Positions 1 through 13,289 of a stretch of 64,000 bases of DNA are shown here, piece after piece. This DNA is from Lama guanicoe (taxonomy: Eukaryota). The notes below the pieces were generated by a model. The model did not search any database and was not told the DNA's origin. It saw only the letters and a program-made list of their open reading frames with translations. The stretch covers positions 558,001 to 622,000 of the forward strand of contig MU054033.1 of the NCBI GenBank assembly GCA_013239625.1. Reading direction: 5' to 3'. Every line of letters starts with the position of its first letter. Position 1 is the stretch's first letter. Position numbers and translations under genes: made by a program.

Positions 1-904
1 GCTTGTTGTTTCTGGATGTTAACTTCCTGCCTTTTAAATAATGCTCTTTTGTTCGCGGTAGTTTTTGATTTGATTGTTTTGGGTTTGCTAGGTTTACAGT
101 CATCATCTGTTAATGATTTTCCAAGCTTCTAAAATTTTAGTATTATAAAAATTGCTGCAGTCCCTGTGCACGTCTCCTTCTGTTCCTGTGAAGGAGTTCT
201 GCATTAGTTCAGTGTATTTTTGGTATTGGTTCTGTTTTTGTAGTATTGTAAGGAGACTGAATTACGTATGTGGTTTATCAAAAGTATTCTGTCAGTGATT
301 TTCAGTACTTGGTGTATTACAGGAGATTTGTTAGTGATAATAGTTAAATTATTGAAGTCTACAAAATTTTAAAGTAACACAATATGCTAATGGTAAAAAA
401 AATAAATAAATAAAGCACCATGGAAGGGTGCCACCTCTTCACTTTCAGACCCTTTCATCAGAAGTAAAAACTTTAAACTCATCTTTTGAGTCCTTGCTGT
501 GAATAATGATTTTATTCACTTCTTATTTGTTTACAGATAATTATTTTTATAGACAGTATGTGGACTTTTTTGATGTAAGATCAGAAAATATTTGCTATTC
601 TCTTTCTTTCATCTTCTAACCTTCCAATTTCTGTCCTTTGTAACTTTGGTTCACATCAAAGTTTATGAGAGTTACATTTTTTCTGTCTTATAGTTATTCA
701 GCGCTTTATCTATAGATTGACTATAAATAGGGGTTACAATATGAGTGATAGTAGTCATGCTGGACCCACCACCTTCAGTGTGTTTCTGGAAGAGCATATG
801 TTTCATCTCCATCCCACAGCCCGAAGCCCGGGTGCTGTCATCTCTCATCAGAATCTCTGCAGGAGCCACTTGCTTGGAATCCCCCAAAATACTTTTGTTT
901 TTCT

Positions 905-2963
905 TTTTTGTAAATTGAGTTGAAATTTCACACAATGCAGAATCTACCATTTTAACTTTTTAAAGGGTACACTCAGTGGTTTTTAGTTTATTCACTGTGT
1001 TGTACAACTGTCACCGTAGTCTTATTCCAAACACTTCCATTACCTTCAAAACAAACCCGTACTCCTTAGTCAGCCCCCGGTTTCCAGAAACTACTAATCT
1101 CTTTTCTGTCTTTTTGGGTTTGCCAACAGTAGATATTTCATAGAAACAGAATCATATACTATGTGACTTTCTGTGTCTGACTTCTTTCAGCTTAATGTTT
1201 TCAGAGTGCTTCTATGTTACAGCATGCGTCGACACTTGGTTCCTTTCTATGGCTGAGTAATATTCCATCGAATGATTATAGCTCATTTTGTTTGTTTTTG
1301 CTTTTTAGATATTCTGAGTAATGCTACTAAACTCTTGTATGCAGCTATTTGTTTGAACATGCGTTTCATTTCTCCCGGGTAGATACCTAGGAATAGAGCC
1401 ATTGGATCGTTTGGTAGTTTTTGTGCTGAGTTTTTGGGGGAACCACCAAACTGGTGTCCGTGGGGGCGCACCACTTCACGTTTTCATCGACACCGAATGA
1501 GTTCCTGTTTCTCCACATCATCATTGCCACTTGCCTCTTTGCGTTTGCTTAAATTTCAGCTGTCTTACTGGGTGTGAAGGGATCCCTCACTGTGGTTTAA
1601 GATTTGCATTTACCTGGTGACAAATGTTGAGTCTCGTTTCATTGGTGTATCTTCTTTGGAGAAATACCTGTCCAAATCCTTTGCCTGTTTTTCAGTCGGG
1701 CTGTCTTTTTCTGTGAGTAATAAGAATTCGTTGTGTAATCTGCACATTAACCCCGTATCAGGTATATGATTTGCAGATATTTTCTATTCTGTCGGTCGAT
1801 TTTTCCCTTCCTTGGTAGTTTTGATGAAGTCTGTTATATACACATATATATATATTTTAAAAAATTTATTGTTTGTGCTTTTGTTACCGTAAGACGCTGT
1901 TGCCTAATCCAGGGTCATGAAAATTTGTACCTATGCTTCCTTCTAAGAGTGTTACAGTTTTAGCTCTCTGTTATGCCTTGGGTCTATTTTGAGATAATTT
2001 TTTATGTGGTAGAGAGAAGGGCCCAGCTCCGTTCTTTTGTGGGTGAGTACTTACTTGTCCCACCACTGTTTGTTGAAAAGTCTTGTACCATTGAATGGGC
2101 TTAATATCCTTGTTGAAACCAATTGGTCACAAGTTTTTATTTATTTGGATCTTCCTTAGGTTTTTTCATTAATGTTTTGTAGTTTTCAGTGTATAGTCTT
2201 GAACTTTCTTGATTAAATTTCTTCTTAAGAATTCTGTTCTTTTTGTTGCTACTACAAATTATTTTCCTAATCTCAGTTTGGGAGTGTTTATTGATAGTGT
2301 ATAGAGATATAACTGATTTTTGTATATTGGTCTTGTATCATACAACTTTTCTGAGTTCATTTATTAGCTCTAATAGTTTGTGGTGGATTCTTTGGAATTT
2401 TCTGTATATAAGATCATGTTATTTGTGAATAGAAATAGTTTTACTTCTTTTTTTCCTATCTTGAATGCCTTTTAATTCTTTTTCTTGCCTTAATGACCCT
2501 GGCTAGAATTTCCATTACAGCGCTGAATAGGAGTGCTGAGAACAAGCATCCTTATCTAGTTTTTTTTATCTTAACGGGAAGACCTTCAGTTTTTTGACAT
2601 TAAGTATGATGTTGGTTGTGGGTTTTTTTTTTATAAGTGCCCTTTATTAGGTTGAGGAAGTTCCCTTCTATTACTAGTTTGTTGAGGTTTTTCTATTTTT
2701 TTTTTCTTTTAATCATTAAAGCATGTTGGATTTTGTCAAATGTTTTCTTCTGTATCAGTTGAGGTGATCCTGTGGCTTTAAAATTTTTTCTTTATTTTAT
2801 TAATGTGGTTTGTTACTTTGATTTTTTTGTGCTGAAACACTCTTCCGTTGCTGGGATAAATCCCTCTTGGTTTAGAAACCTTTTCATACGCTGTTCATTT
2901 TGGTTTGCTAGTATTTTGTTGAGGATTTTTACATCTATATTCATAAGGGATATTAGTCTATAG
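905..2963 (-). mobile_element. Old L1 (L1M-type) 3' UTR plus degraded ORF2, inserted into an L2 relic (L2-like sequence at about 800-885 and 2964-3045)
   Basis: Typical antisense L1 phrases (ttgcatttacctgg, ttgaggaagttcccttctatt, gctagtattttgttgaggattttt). ORF 1283..1474 resembles the ORF2 C-terminus (LPNDPMALFLGIYP). Confidence 0.85.
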
Positions 2964-3079
2964 TCCCCTAGTGTATTCGTGCTTCCTTCTAATCTGTTTT
3001 CTACACTGTGGCCTGAGTGATCTTTTTAAAATGGAAATTTGAACAGAGATACATTTCCCCAGTTTTATAAAAAGCTGTT

Positions 3080-5290
3080 AGAAACATTGCAAACATACTA
3101 AATGGTGAAGTACTTAGAAACATTTTCATTAAAGGCATTGACAAAATAAGAGACCTTATTATTTTTGCTAATATTGTGTATTGGACTTGAAGTCCTAGCT
3201 GAAGTAAAACAGCAAGAGAAGGAAATGAGAAATTAACTTTGGAGCAGAAAATGTAATTGCCAATATTTCTGGGTATTGATTGATTGTCATCTTAGAAAAT
3301 TGGAGAGAACCACTTATTAAACCTATTAATATTTCATAAATTTTCTTGGGAAAGATCACATAAAATCTCATTAAACTTTCCACATACTCTCAGTATGTGT
3401 TAGAAAATGTAACTGATACAGAAATAAAAGCATTCACCTAAGAGGCAACAAATAGCCTTTGAAGATGCTCAAGTGCCATGTGGAACAGTCTCTTAAGTGT
3501 TTGTCGAGGGGAAAAAACCCAAGACCTGAAAATGCGGCGCATTGCACCACGTTCTAAACGGAAGGACTTAATACTTTAATATATCAGTTTCCTAAATATT
3601 AAACAGAAACTTTAACGTAATTCCATTGACTATCCTAACAGTTTATTTTAAATTTCAGCAAACAAGAGTTACGTCTAAGAATATTTAAACCATTTTGAAA
3701 AATAGGAACTGATAGGCGTGGTGCTTGCTGTGAATGAGATAACAAAACGTAAAATGCTGTTCTAATAATTAAAGCAGCGGAGCGTAAGGACTGGAGCAGA
3801 CCAAGACATTGACAGTAAAACAGAGCAGAGGGTCCAGAAAGTGCCTTTTGTAGTTATTTAGTATCCATCTGTTTGGTTTTTGAAATCAGAAGGAAAATAG
3901 TGGGCTGTTTTATAGATAGTGCTGGCCGAAATGTTTATGCATTTTAGATAAAATAAAGTTATGAGTGCTGTGGAGTTGACAACAGCAGAAATCAAAGCAT
4001 TCAAAGTATTAGAGAATTGGTTCTAATCACTGGGGTAGAGAAATCTTTCTTAAATTTTAATTTACATAGTTTTGCTTTGTCTTAATTCCCTATGCAGCTG
4101 GTGACGTGACCAATATCTAATACGGTTTGTTTTGAGAACCAGCAGTGCCTTCCTCAGCCCCATTTCCCACACTCCAGAGCCAGTCAACCCTTTAAGACCC
4201 TTTGGCTGAGTCTTCTGGGCACATATCACCTCGTTTCAGATAACATACATGTGTTTCTACTTCTGGAGTTTTCAAATTTAGGTATTATCTCTCTGTTGAC
4301 TTTTTGCTCCTTTCACACTCCACCACTCATGTGTGCTTTCTCTTTTGCCGCCATCCTCACTCCATGGTGCTGTGGTGATTTGGCTATATTCTAGGTCTAA
4401 GTAAATGTTGCCATTAAAAAAATAGCTTTATTGAGAAATTCATGTACCTTAATATCCTCCTATTTAAATATACAATTTAATGGCTTTATTATCTTCACAG
4501 AGATGTGCCTCTATCACCACAGTCAATTGCAGAACATTTTTGTTGCTCCAAAGAGAAACTTTACAGTTTTTAGATGTCACTGCTCAAATCCTCTGTCTCC
4601 ACCCGCCCTAGGGCAAACCACTCATCTACATTTTTTGTCCTTTTCAATTTGCCTCCTCTCGACAGTTCATATAAATAGAATGATACAGTATGTGCTTTTT
4701 TTTATGACTGGCTTCTTTCACTCAGCATGTTTTCAGGGTCATCCGTGTTGCATGTGTATCAAAACTTCATTTCTTCCTTTTTTTGCTGAATATCACCCTG
4801 CATGGATATAGTGCATTGTGTTTATCCGTTCATCGGCTGATGGGTATTTGGGTGGTTTCCACATTTTGGCTGTTTTGGATGCTGCTCTGATCATTCCGCT
4901 GCAAGTGTTTGTGTGGACATGTGTTTTCATTATAAAACCTTTTTAAGGAAGACAGTACATGCGTAAGTTGCAGAGGCAATGATATACCACCTAAAAAGTT
5001 AAAACTTCGGTGCAAAAAAAATACCACAAACAAGTTGAATTTTAGAAGCGAGTGATAGAGAAAAAACCTGTTATATAAATAATGGATTAATACCTGTACT
5101 CCACAAGTTAATTAATCGAAATGCGAAAGACAACTCTGACAAGATGGGCAAACAACAAGGACAGTTAATTCACAAAACAAATAACAAATGATCATTAAGC
5201 TTTGGTTCAGAAGATTGGCTGAAACCTGATACATGATGCCATCGCTTTCCCACATTTTGTCAGAGCTTTATAATCAGCAGTGTCGAGGGG
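3080..5290. mobile_element. Very old sense L1 fragments (about 3080-4050 and 4950-5290) interrupted by an antisense L1 3' end (about 4410-4935)
   Basis: A-rich L1 ORF2-like text. 4415 onward, aaaaatagctttattgagaaattc, is a typical L1M 3' terminus read antisense. Confidence 0.65.
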
Positions 5291-6299
5291 TAGACCAGTA
5301 ATTCTCAACAACATATTTTACAAGATCCCCCTTTACTGACCTGAAATGAAATGTATAGATAATGTAAACTGCTCATGCACATCATTAAAAAAAAACTTTA
5401 AATACAATAATGAAAACAAAAGAAAGATAATTTATGGCAAAATAGCTTAGTTCAATGTATAACTTTTCTGTTAGGATTTCAGAGAAGTTAGAAGACTAGA
5501 AGCCATTCTACAAAGGAAATAGAGAAAAATAAATAACAGGTGGTATAGGGGGATATTAGAGTAAAACCTAGTACTGGGTTAGTAAGTAGAGACCAGGCTC
5601 ATTTGTATATAAGAGGCGGAAAATAGCCTGAATTGAAGAAGGGATGACATGCCAAGGTAAACTCTGCACTGAGCAAAAGTGATATTCTCACGAATGAGCT
5701 GTGCTTGACTGTTTTTTGAGTCAGAATAATTTCCTCCTGGGATGTGGGAGAGGGTGGTGACAGGGTGAATTGTAAGATTAAGTTCTCATTGATGCTAAGT
5801 CAAACAGTAATTGCCTGTAATATATTTGAAAGTGCAGTGAATATAATTAGACGCAGGATACCTTTCTTTCTTTCTTGTTTGATGGGTAGCGTGTAAAACG
5901 GTTTATTAAAATTGCTCTGGTTTTAGGGCAGCAAGCCTGTACTCGAAAAGAGCACATGCGTGTCTGTGTGTCAAGTTCGGAGTTTTGTGCATCTCATTGT
6001 GTGAGGTCTCCTGTGCTGCTGTGGCTCCTGCATCTTGTCTAACAGTGTGGTGGTTCCAGGCGAAGTGGCACACACACAACTGCCACAGGAACTTCTAAAT
6101 GGCCCGAAGGAGCTGAGTCCCAGGGCCCTAATTCCCGTATATCTTTATGAATGACTTAATGTGTATAATGTAAGAATAATTTGTTAGCGCTGTTGTGTCT
6201 TAGTACAGTGTAGAGGTAGTTTAAAAGTATATTTGAATTGATCTTATCGGATTAATTTTATATATTTGAGAATTAGTGGTAATGTAAATATTCAAATAT

Positions 6300-6492
6300 G
6301 TGGGCAAGGAAGTGCTCTTGTGCAGGTCATACACCTAATTGGAAAGGAAGTGTAGAATTTCTCAAGTTTTTAAAATTCTAAAGGTTTTAATGTTCACATT
6401 TGTCCTTAATTTCCTGCATGTAATTTTGTACAATGAAGGGTTCCCTAAACGTTATAAGCTTTAGGTCCTGCAAACCCTGGATCCAACCCTGG
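6300..6492. mobile_element. Short non-autonomous hAT-like DNA transposon relic
   Basis: The end ataagctttaggtcctgcaaaccctggatccaaccctg resembles the reverse complement of a recalled CAGGGGCGGATCCAGG... MITE terminus. Family uncertain. Confidence 0.45.
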
Positions 6493-7639
6493 TGACGGTC
6501 CAAGACGTTTTTTACATTTTCCAAATGTGTTCTAAGAGGTGTTTCATTCCATTGAGGTGTGCTGCTATGAAACAAATCGGTATTGGTGTTTTGGCTGGGC
6601 AGTAAATAGGGACAGTATTTTTGAGTCGTGTCTGTTAAAATTAAGAATGCACCATTCTGTTGGACCTAGAAATTCCATTTTTTGATACCTATTGGAGAAA
6701 TATTTATACATGTACAGAAAAGAAATCTTCAAGAATGTCTATTGCAGCATTACATTTTGGAAAATGCTCATCAAAAAGAAAATAAATAGTGGAAATCCAT
6801 TTTACAGAATATTATGAATTGAAACGAATGTCTTAATACAGAAGGATCTTTAAGACTTAATTAAGTAAATAAAGGAAATGAGTATGAGCCTGTTTGTGTA
6901 AAGCAGCTCAGACAGAAAATTAAATAGATTTTCTGGACGGTTACGTGTCAACATGTAACCATGGCTACCTCTAGAGAGGAGAGTGGCATTGGGTCCAGGG
7001 CGGGAGGACTTTCTGGAGGACTTCCGCTTTGGGTGTATCATTTTCAATTTTGCATAAGCAAAATGTATTCATGTATTTTTTTCCCTAAGTCCCAACTGAG
7101 TTACTACGTTCATTTTTCAGTTTTGTGAGCTTTATAGAGCAGGGTTGATGCTGTAAAATGAACTTGTTACAGATGACCAAGACTTTTATAGTGTTTTGTC
7201 AAAAGGCCAGGAGAAGTCTAAAAATAGGAATCTAAGGTTAGCAAACTTGTTCTGGTTCGGTTCTGTGAGGAGGACACAAGATAACTGAGTTACTGGGAAG
7301 CTGTTAACTGTGGAATAAAGTGGGACAGTTACAGAACAAAAAACAGCTGGCCTTGCTGAATAAAGATAAGATTTTGTTCCACTTACTTACACATTTGGCA
7401 CTGGATGATTCATTTTGAATTACAGAGCTAATTTCCAACTCTTTGAGGTGGAAGTACCTAAGACATCAGGCCTCAAACATAGAACCAGGACCACTTAAAT
7501 TAATCTATGGTAGAAGCATTCTGATGGCACTTTACAATTTAGTAATAATGCCAACAGTACCATATCTAGCATGCACCATGGTAACACTTACTGCATCAGA
7601 GTGTTTGCAGAAGGGACAATAATCATTAAATTCTTATGA

Positions 7640-7830
7640 TGCAAGCGTCTTACTTATCACGTGATCCTCACAGCCGTCCCGAGGAGTTTAGAGCTGTTGG
7701 TGACTTCACTTTACGGGGTTAGAAACTGAGGGTCAGGGAGGTTAAATAGCTGCCCGAGGTCACATGGTGCGTGGCAGAGTGGGATTTCAGCCCCAGCAGT
7801 CAGACCTCAGAGCCCGCATTCTCCACCTCT
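7640..7830 (-). mobile_element. MIR SINE
   Basis: agaaactgagggtcagggaggttaaatagctgcccgaggtcaca is the MIR core, antisense. Confidence 0.85.
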
Positions 7831-7844
7831 ACCCTTAGAGTTGA

Positions 7845-9140
7845 TACCAACTTGGATGTCTCATAGGCACTTCAGGTTTCACTGTAGTTCAAAACTAAAC
7901 TAAAACTTTATCCCCTTGCACGCTCACCTTGATGGTTGTTTTTTGATTCTCTGTCTCATTGAATGTCATTTCCTTTTCATCCAGCTGCTGGATGAAAACC
8001 TATTGGACATTCCTGACGCCTCCTTCCAGTGCGTTCAGTCCTCAGTCTAATCAATCACTAGCTCATTGTAAATGTTACCTCTTGAATCCTTTCACTTCTT
8101 CTATTTCTAACTGTTAACCTCAGACAAACCTGTATTGCTTGGCTGGGTTGCAGCTTGTGGCTCGAAGTGTCAGTCCCTAGATACTTGGGCATGGTCTCTG
8201 CGTATACAAACCAACACCCCTGCGCCTCCTCCCCGGCCCCCGGTTGTGTATGTGTGTTTATACTACTTAAAACTCCCTCAGTGGTCGCTCCTTGTTTTTT
8301 AACAGGGCAGTGTAATGTAATGACAATACCTGGCCTGGGCTGACCTCTCCTCTCACTGCATACTCTCTTCCTTCTGGATGACAGGACCTTTCATGGGGCC
8401 ATGACTATTTTATGATTGCTCCTAAGTTGCCCCTGCCTGGACTTGAGCACTCTCTCTTCTCCCGGTCCCCCTGTAATAGAGAACAAATCTGACTCCATAT
8501 TGGATCGGTTCCTTTGACTTTGACCACCGTGCCCTGTTCCCTAGGCTTAGTCTTGCTAGCTCTGCACTCATGTAAAGATAACAAAGTTGCAGAATAGAGA
8601 GTAACGCTTGTTTTGTTGGAGGTTTTGCAGGAGCACCATCACCTGGCCCCCGTGGAGGGCTGCAGGAACAAAGAATTCTTGCACCAAGAAGTTTGCACCA
8701 ACCAACCACAGCCCCTCCTCTGTTTTTTTGTATAAAAGGAGCCTGTATTCTGACTTGAGGAGGATGGTTTTCCAAGACATTAGTCTACCATCCTCTCGGT
8801 CTGCCGGCTTTCCGAATAAAGTCGCTATTCCTTGCCCCAGCACCTCGTCTCCTGATTTATTGGCCTGTTGTGCGGTGAGCAGAACGAGTTTGGACTCGGT
8901 AACACCCCCAGCTCCTACTCATCTTTCTAATCTCAGCTCAAATAGCTTTTCCTAACCAGCACCCCCAACCCCCGCCCCAGAAGGTATCAGTTCTGGTTAC
9001 AAATTACTGGAACACCATTTAGAGCATGTAGAGCATTTTGAATCGTATATTTTTATAATTAGTTTATTGTTTGTCTTTCTTTCCTAGACTAGTTCCTTGA
9101 GGGCTGAGCACCAAAATGGGTCCTGAGTGCATCTGAATGA
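7845..9140 (+). mobile_element. L2 relic interrupted by a solo LTR
   Basis: cttggatgtctcataggcacttca at the start, L2 3'-end-like text at 9050-9140 ending tgaatga. Confidence 0.7.
8472..8904 (+). mobile_element. Solo ERV LTR (433 bp, probably ERV1 class), sense to AUH
   Basis: TGTAA...TAACA termini, flanking CCCC(C) duplication, TATAAAA at 8731, AATAAA at 8815. Homologous to the inverted copy at 55487-56028. Confidence 0.92.
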
Positions 9141-9219
9141 GTGCACATGTCTGGTTCCATCCATTCGGCTTCCTTCATGAGGGAACTGAAGCCCGAACCC
9201 TGTAGGGTTGTCGTTCTTC

Positions 9220-9400
9220 CTTCCAGGGTGGAGTTTGCCACTTACTGGTTATTTAACCTCCCCAAGTCCCAGTTATTTTATCTGTTCCACAAGGATAAAG
9301 ATAGTACCTACCTCTTAGGTTGTTTTGGGGATTACATGAGGCAGTAAACATAGGGCGCTGGGAACATAATGAAGTACTCAGTTAGCAGTAGCTCTTGCCA
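9220..9400 (+). mobile_element. MIR SINE
   Basis: tttgccacttactgg...atagtacctacctcttaggttgttttggggatta matches the MIR core and tail. Confidence 0.85.
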
Positions 9401-10588
9401 TTAGTGTTGGGTCCTACCCAAGGCCATTCAGCTGTTTAATGCGGAGCCTGCCCTGGATACCAGTTCTCCTTCATGACTTTCTCCGTGCTGAGATCGTTTG
9501 AAATTCTTGCAAATTTTTTCTGCCATGAGCCAGAGTTCATCTTTGTACTTTCTTTGAGAAATGGGTTTTGCAAACTGCCTTGAGACGGCTTGTGCACATG
9601 TGCACATTTTGTTGTCTTTAACCAATTACAAACAAGGATCAACACCACCCTCACCCGCCCCCTTCAACTAGACGGAAGGCATTTCTGATGTGGAAGGAAA
9701 ATTGGTTTTATAGGACTTTGAATATCAAATTAAGGTCTTTGAAGTCAGGTATTTTGGAAATAAGAAATAATTAAAGGGTTTTAAGTAGGAGGTGAATTCT
9801 GTGCATGGAATTATTTTTAGAAAATTGATCTGACTACAGCAGTTGGAATGGAAGGCTGGATTTGGGTGACGCTCTCTGATGAAATTAGGGAAGTTAGGAG
9901 GGAGAGCTGCGCTTTGTGGGAGAAAAAATGAACTTTTATGGATTCAAGTTGAATTGCTTGTTGGACTTCTAAATGGAGGTGGCTTCAGGTTAAGTACATG
10001 GGACAGAGTCAGGAGAGAAACCTGGGAAGGAAGTACTGAAACTATGTGTGTAGTATGACTGAAAAAAGGTAATTGAGATATTAACACCTAGTATGTGAGC
10101 AAAAAGGCTGATCCTAACATAATTGTTAGCTGTTATGTACTTTTGAATATACTTGAAGGTGATGAAACTCTATTTTACGTAGTACTGTGTACGTTAGAAT
10201 TTTCACCAGTCAGCACGGCCTTCCCACTAGTTAATCTGATTTAGTGATGTGCAATTTAGTAAAATGTGGCAGATTACCTTGGTTGTGTTTAAGGAGAGAT
10301 AATTGAAGGAGACATGCAGTTTTGTAGTTCTTCTCTGAAAGACTGAAGAAAAGCAGTACATATTAAGCGCTAGATTGATTTTATAAGTATGTTACATATA
10401 CCACATTCTTCAAAAATATGCATCAAAAGGAAGGAAAACATGAAAATTGGGATAAAGCTCTTGACATGAACCTCATGGAGGTGGTAGATTCGTAAGTCCC
10501 AAGATAACCAGCTTGTGTGTGTGTGGGAGTCCGTAACGTGAATACCTCACTAACTCAAATGCTTGTTCTTTTTTTTTTCCTTAACTAG

Positions 10589-10656
10589 GAATTGTGGTGC
10601 TTGGAATAAATAGAGCCTCTGCCAAAAATTCATTGAGTAAAAATCTTATAAAAATG
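10589..10656 (+). CDS. AUH: AUH coding exon 2 (68 nt, phase 1 to 0): (G)[22 protein letters not shown]
   Basis: Acceptor ttttttttccttaactag|GA and donor ATG|gtgagt. Translation matches recalled human [23 protein letters not shown], including lysines equivalent to K105/K109 of the RNA-binding helix. Confidence 0.97.
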
Positions 10657-10766
10657 GTGAGTGTAAAGATTCAACTGTTTGCTTCTAATATTAAGATACA
10701 GTGTTGATATCAATCTGAAAATGATTTTTCCCCTTTTCCCTCCTTACCCTCCCTGTTTCTGTTTAG

Positions 10767-10859
<93 letters not shown>

Positions 10860-11416
10860 TAAATAGATTAAGTTTTTAAAACTGTAGTCTAATTTTTCCT
10901 TAGTGATCGCCTGTTTTCCATTATAAAGTGTTCTGTGGTTTGAATGTCATTACCAACAATTCCTCTTTGTCTGTTTTTTTACTGCTTTACAAGAAAAGAA
11001 AAATGCTTTGTCAGTATTAGAGACTTTTACAACGTGTGGAAAAGTTGTTTTGGAAGTTGAAAGAATAATTTGAGCCATTAAAATATTCCTTGCTAGTACA
11101 TGAATAATATTTATGAAAGATCAACTGGGAAGGAAACATTGCGTCTTTTAGTCACAACAGTGTGTTCTGTATTTATGAGTTGTTTAAAAAATGCTTTATT
11201 TGAGTAGCAGTAGCTGCCCCAGGACAAAGTGTTAAGTATAGACATTTGCTTTGGAGATTGGTGTTTGTCGTAGTTCTCACTCAAGTATGTGTCCACAAGT
11301 CAGATTTCTAAATTGGTATCTACAGCAACGAAAGCTGGTCTGTTCTCCATTTGTGCTGTATTACCAAAAGCCAGAGATCAAGTTGCCTTGCATTTTCCAT
11401 ATTTGTCAGTATTTCT

Positions 11417-12788
11417 TTTTTGTTTTTTTTTGTTTTTTAATTTATTATTTATTTTTAAAAATATTTTTTATTGATTTATAATCATTTTACAATGTTGTGT
11501 CAAATTCCAGTATAGAGCACGATTTTTCAGTTATACATGTACATACATGTATTCATTGTCACATTTTTTTCTCTGTGAGCTACCATAAGATCTTGTATAT
11601 ATTTCCCTGTGCTATACAGTATAATCTTGTTTATCTATTCTACATTTTGAAATCCCGGTCTGTCCCTTCCCACCCCCCATCCCCTTGGCAACCACAAGTT
11701 TGTATTCTATGTCTATGAGTCTCTTTCTGTTTTGTATTTATGTTTTGTTTGCTTTTTCTTTTTTCAGATTCCACATATGAGCGATCTCATGTGGTATTTT
11801 TCTTTCTCTTTCTGGCTTACTTCACAACTGTTTTCCATAGTGGCTACGCCAAACTGCATTCCCACCAGCAGTGTAGGAGGGTTCCCCTTTATCCACAGCC
11901 TCTCCAGCATTTGTCATTTGTGGACTTTTGAATGATGGCCATTCCGACTGGTGTGAGTGATATCTCATTATAGTTTTGATGTGCATTTCTCTGATAATTA
12001 GTGATATTGAGCATTTTTTCATGTGCCTATTGATCATTCGTATGTCTTCCTTGGAGAATTGCTTGTTTAGGTCTTCTGCCCATTTTTGGATTGAGCTGTT
12101 TGTTTTTTTTCTTATTAAGTCATATGAGCTGCTTATATATTCTGGAGATCAAGCCTTTGTCGGTTTCATTTGCAAAAATGTTCTCCCATTCCGTGGGTTG
12201 TCTTTTTGTTTTCTTTATGGTTTCCTTTGCTGTGTAGAAGCTTGTAAGTTTCATTAGGTCCCATTTGTTTATTCTTGCTTTTATTTCTATTGCTTGGGTA
12301 GACTGTTTTAGGAGAACATTTTTGAGATGTATGTCAGATAATGTTTTGCCTATATTTTCCTCTAGGAGGTTTATTGTATCTTGTCTTACGTTTAAGTCTT
12401 TGATCCATTTTGAGTTGATTTTTGTGTATGATGTAAGGGAGTGTTCTAGCTTCATTGCTTTACAGGCTGCTGTCCAGTTTTCCCAACACCATTTGCTGAA
12501 GAGACTGTCTTTATTCCATTGTATATTCTTGCCTCTTTTTTCGAACATTAGTTGACCAAAAGTTTGTGGGTTCATTTCTGGGCTCTCTATTCTGTTCCAT
12601 TGGTCCATATGTCTGTTTTTGTACCAATACCATGCAGTCTTGATGACTGTAGCTCTGTAGTATTGTCTGAAGTCTGGGAGAGTTATTCCTCTAGTCTCTT
12701 TATTTCTCTTCAGTAATGCTTTGGCAATTGTAGGTCTTTGATGGTTCCATATAAATTTTATTATGATTTGTTCTAGTTCTGTGAAATA
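11417..12788 (-). mobile_element. Young 5'-truncated L1 (ORF2 C-terminus, 3' UTR, poly-A) with perfect 12-bp TSD and an internal deletion
   Basis: TSD GTCAGTATTTCT at 11405-11416 and 12789-12800, L1-endonuclease-like site TT|AGAAA on the minus strand. ORF 12120..12608 ([13 protein letters not shown]...KWIKDLNVR...INKWDLMKL) is L1 ORF2. Confidence 0.97.
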
Positions 12789-13289
12789 GTCAGTATTTCT
12801 AAGTCATGAGATTGAATGAATCTGTTTCAGTTAGTAAAAAATGTAGCTAATAAAGGTAAAAATGCTGATAATATGCAGTATCATTGTAATTTACTAATAA
12901 GTAAATGAAGATAGAAGTTGACTGAGGCATAAAAAATTTTTTTTTCAGTAAGAATATAAATGGGATAATCCACTTGAGATAATCAGACACTTGAGGGAAC
13001 AGCATACAGTGTTTTATTCATCCCACAAGTATGTTTTGAGCATTTCGAGTCTACCCAGAGCAGTGCAGGGGACATGGGGGGAGTGTTTCTAGACAGAATG
13101 TTTTTAGAGCTGTCTTAGTTGTGGCTGATGTTGGTCAGTTTCATTGTTAAGGGTGCTCAGCTTTTCAAGCTTCAAACTCTGTAGCTTCACCTTAAAGTAA
13201 GGCAGGATTCTATGGTATTTAGGAACATTCGGTATAAATGAGTTGTATTTTAGCTTTTGGTATAATGTACTGTGTCTAAGAGGATTAGT

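Noticed and set aside
9428..9654. Protein-looking minus-strand ORFs and the 16-bp palindrome tgtgcacatgtgcaca (9591-9606)
   Set aside because: No recognisable family, splice context or poly-A/TSD. The palindrome is just a doubled 8-mer.
12120..12608. 162-aa ORF as a host gene
   Set aside because: It is the C-terminal part of L1 ORF2 in a 5'-truncated copy with no promoter, endonuclease or RT domain.
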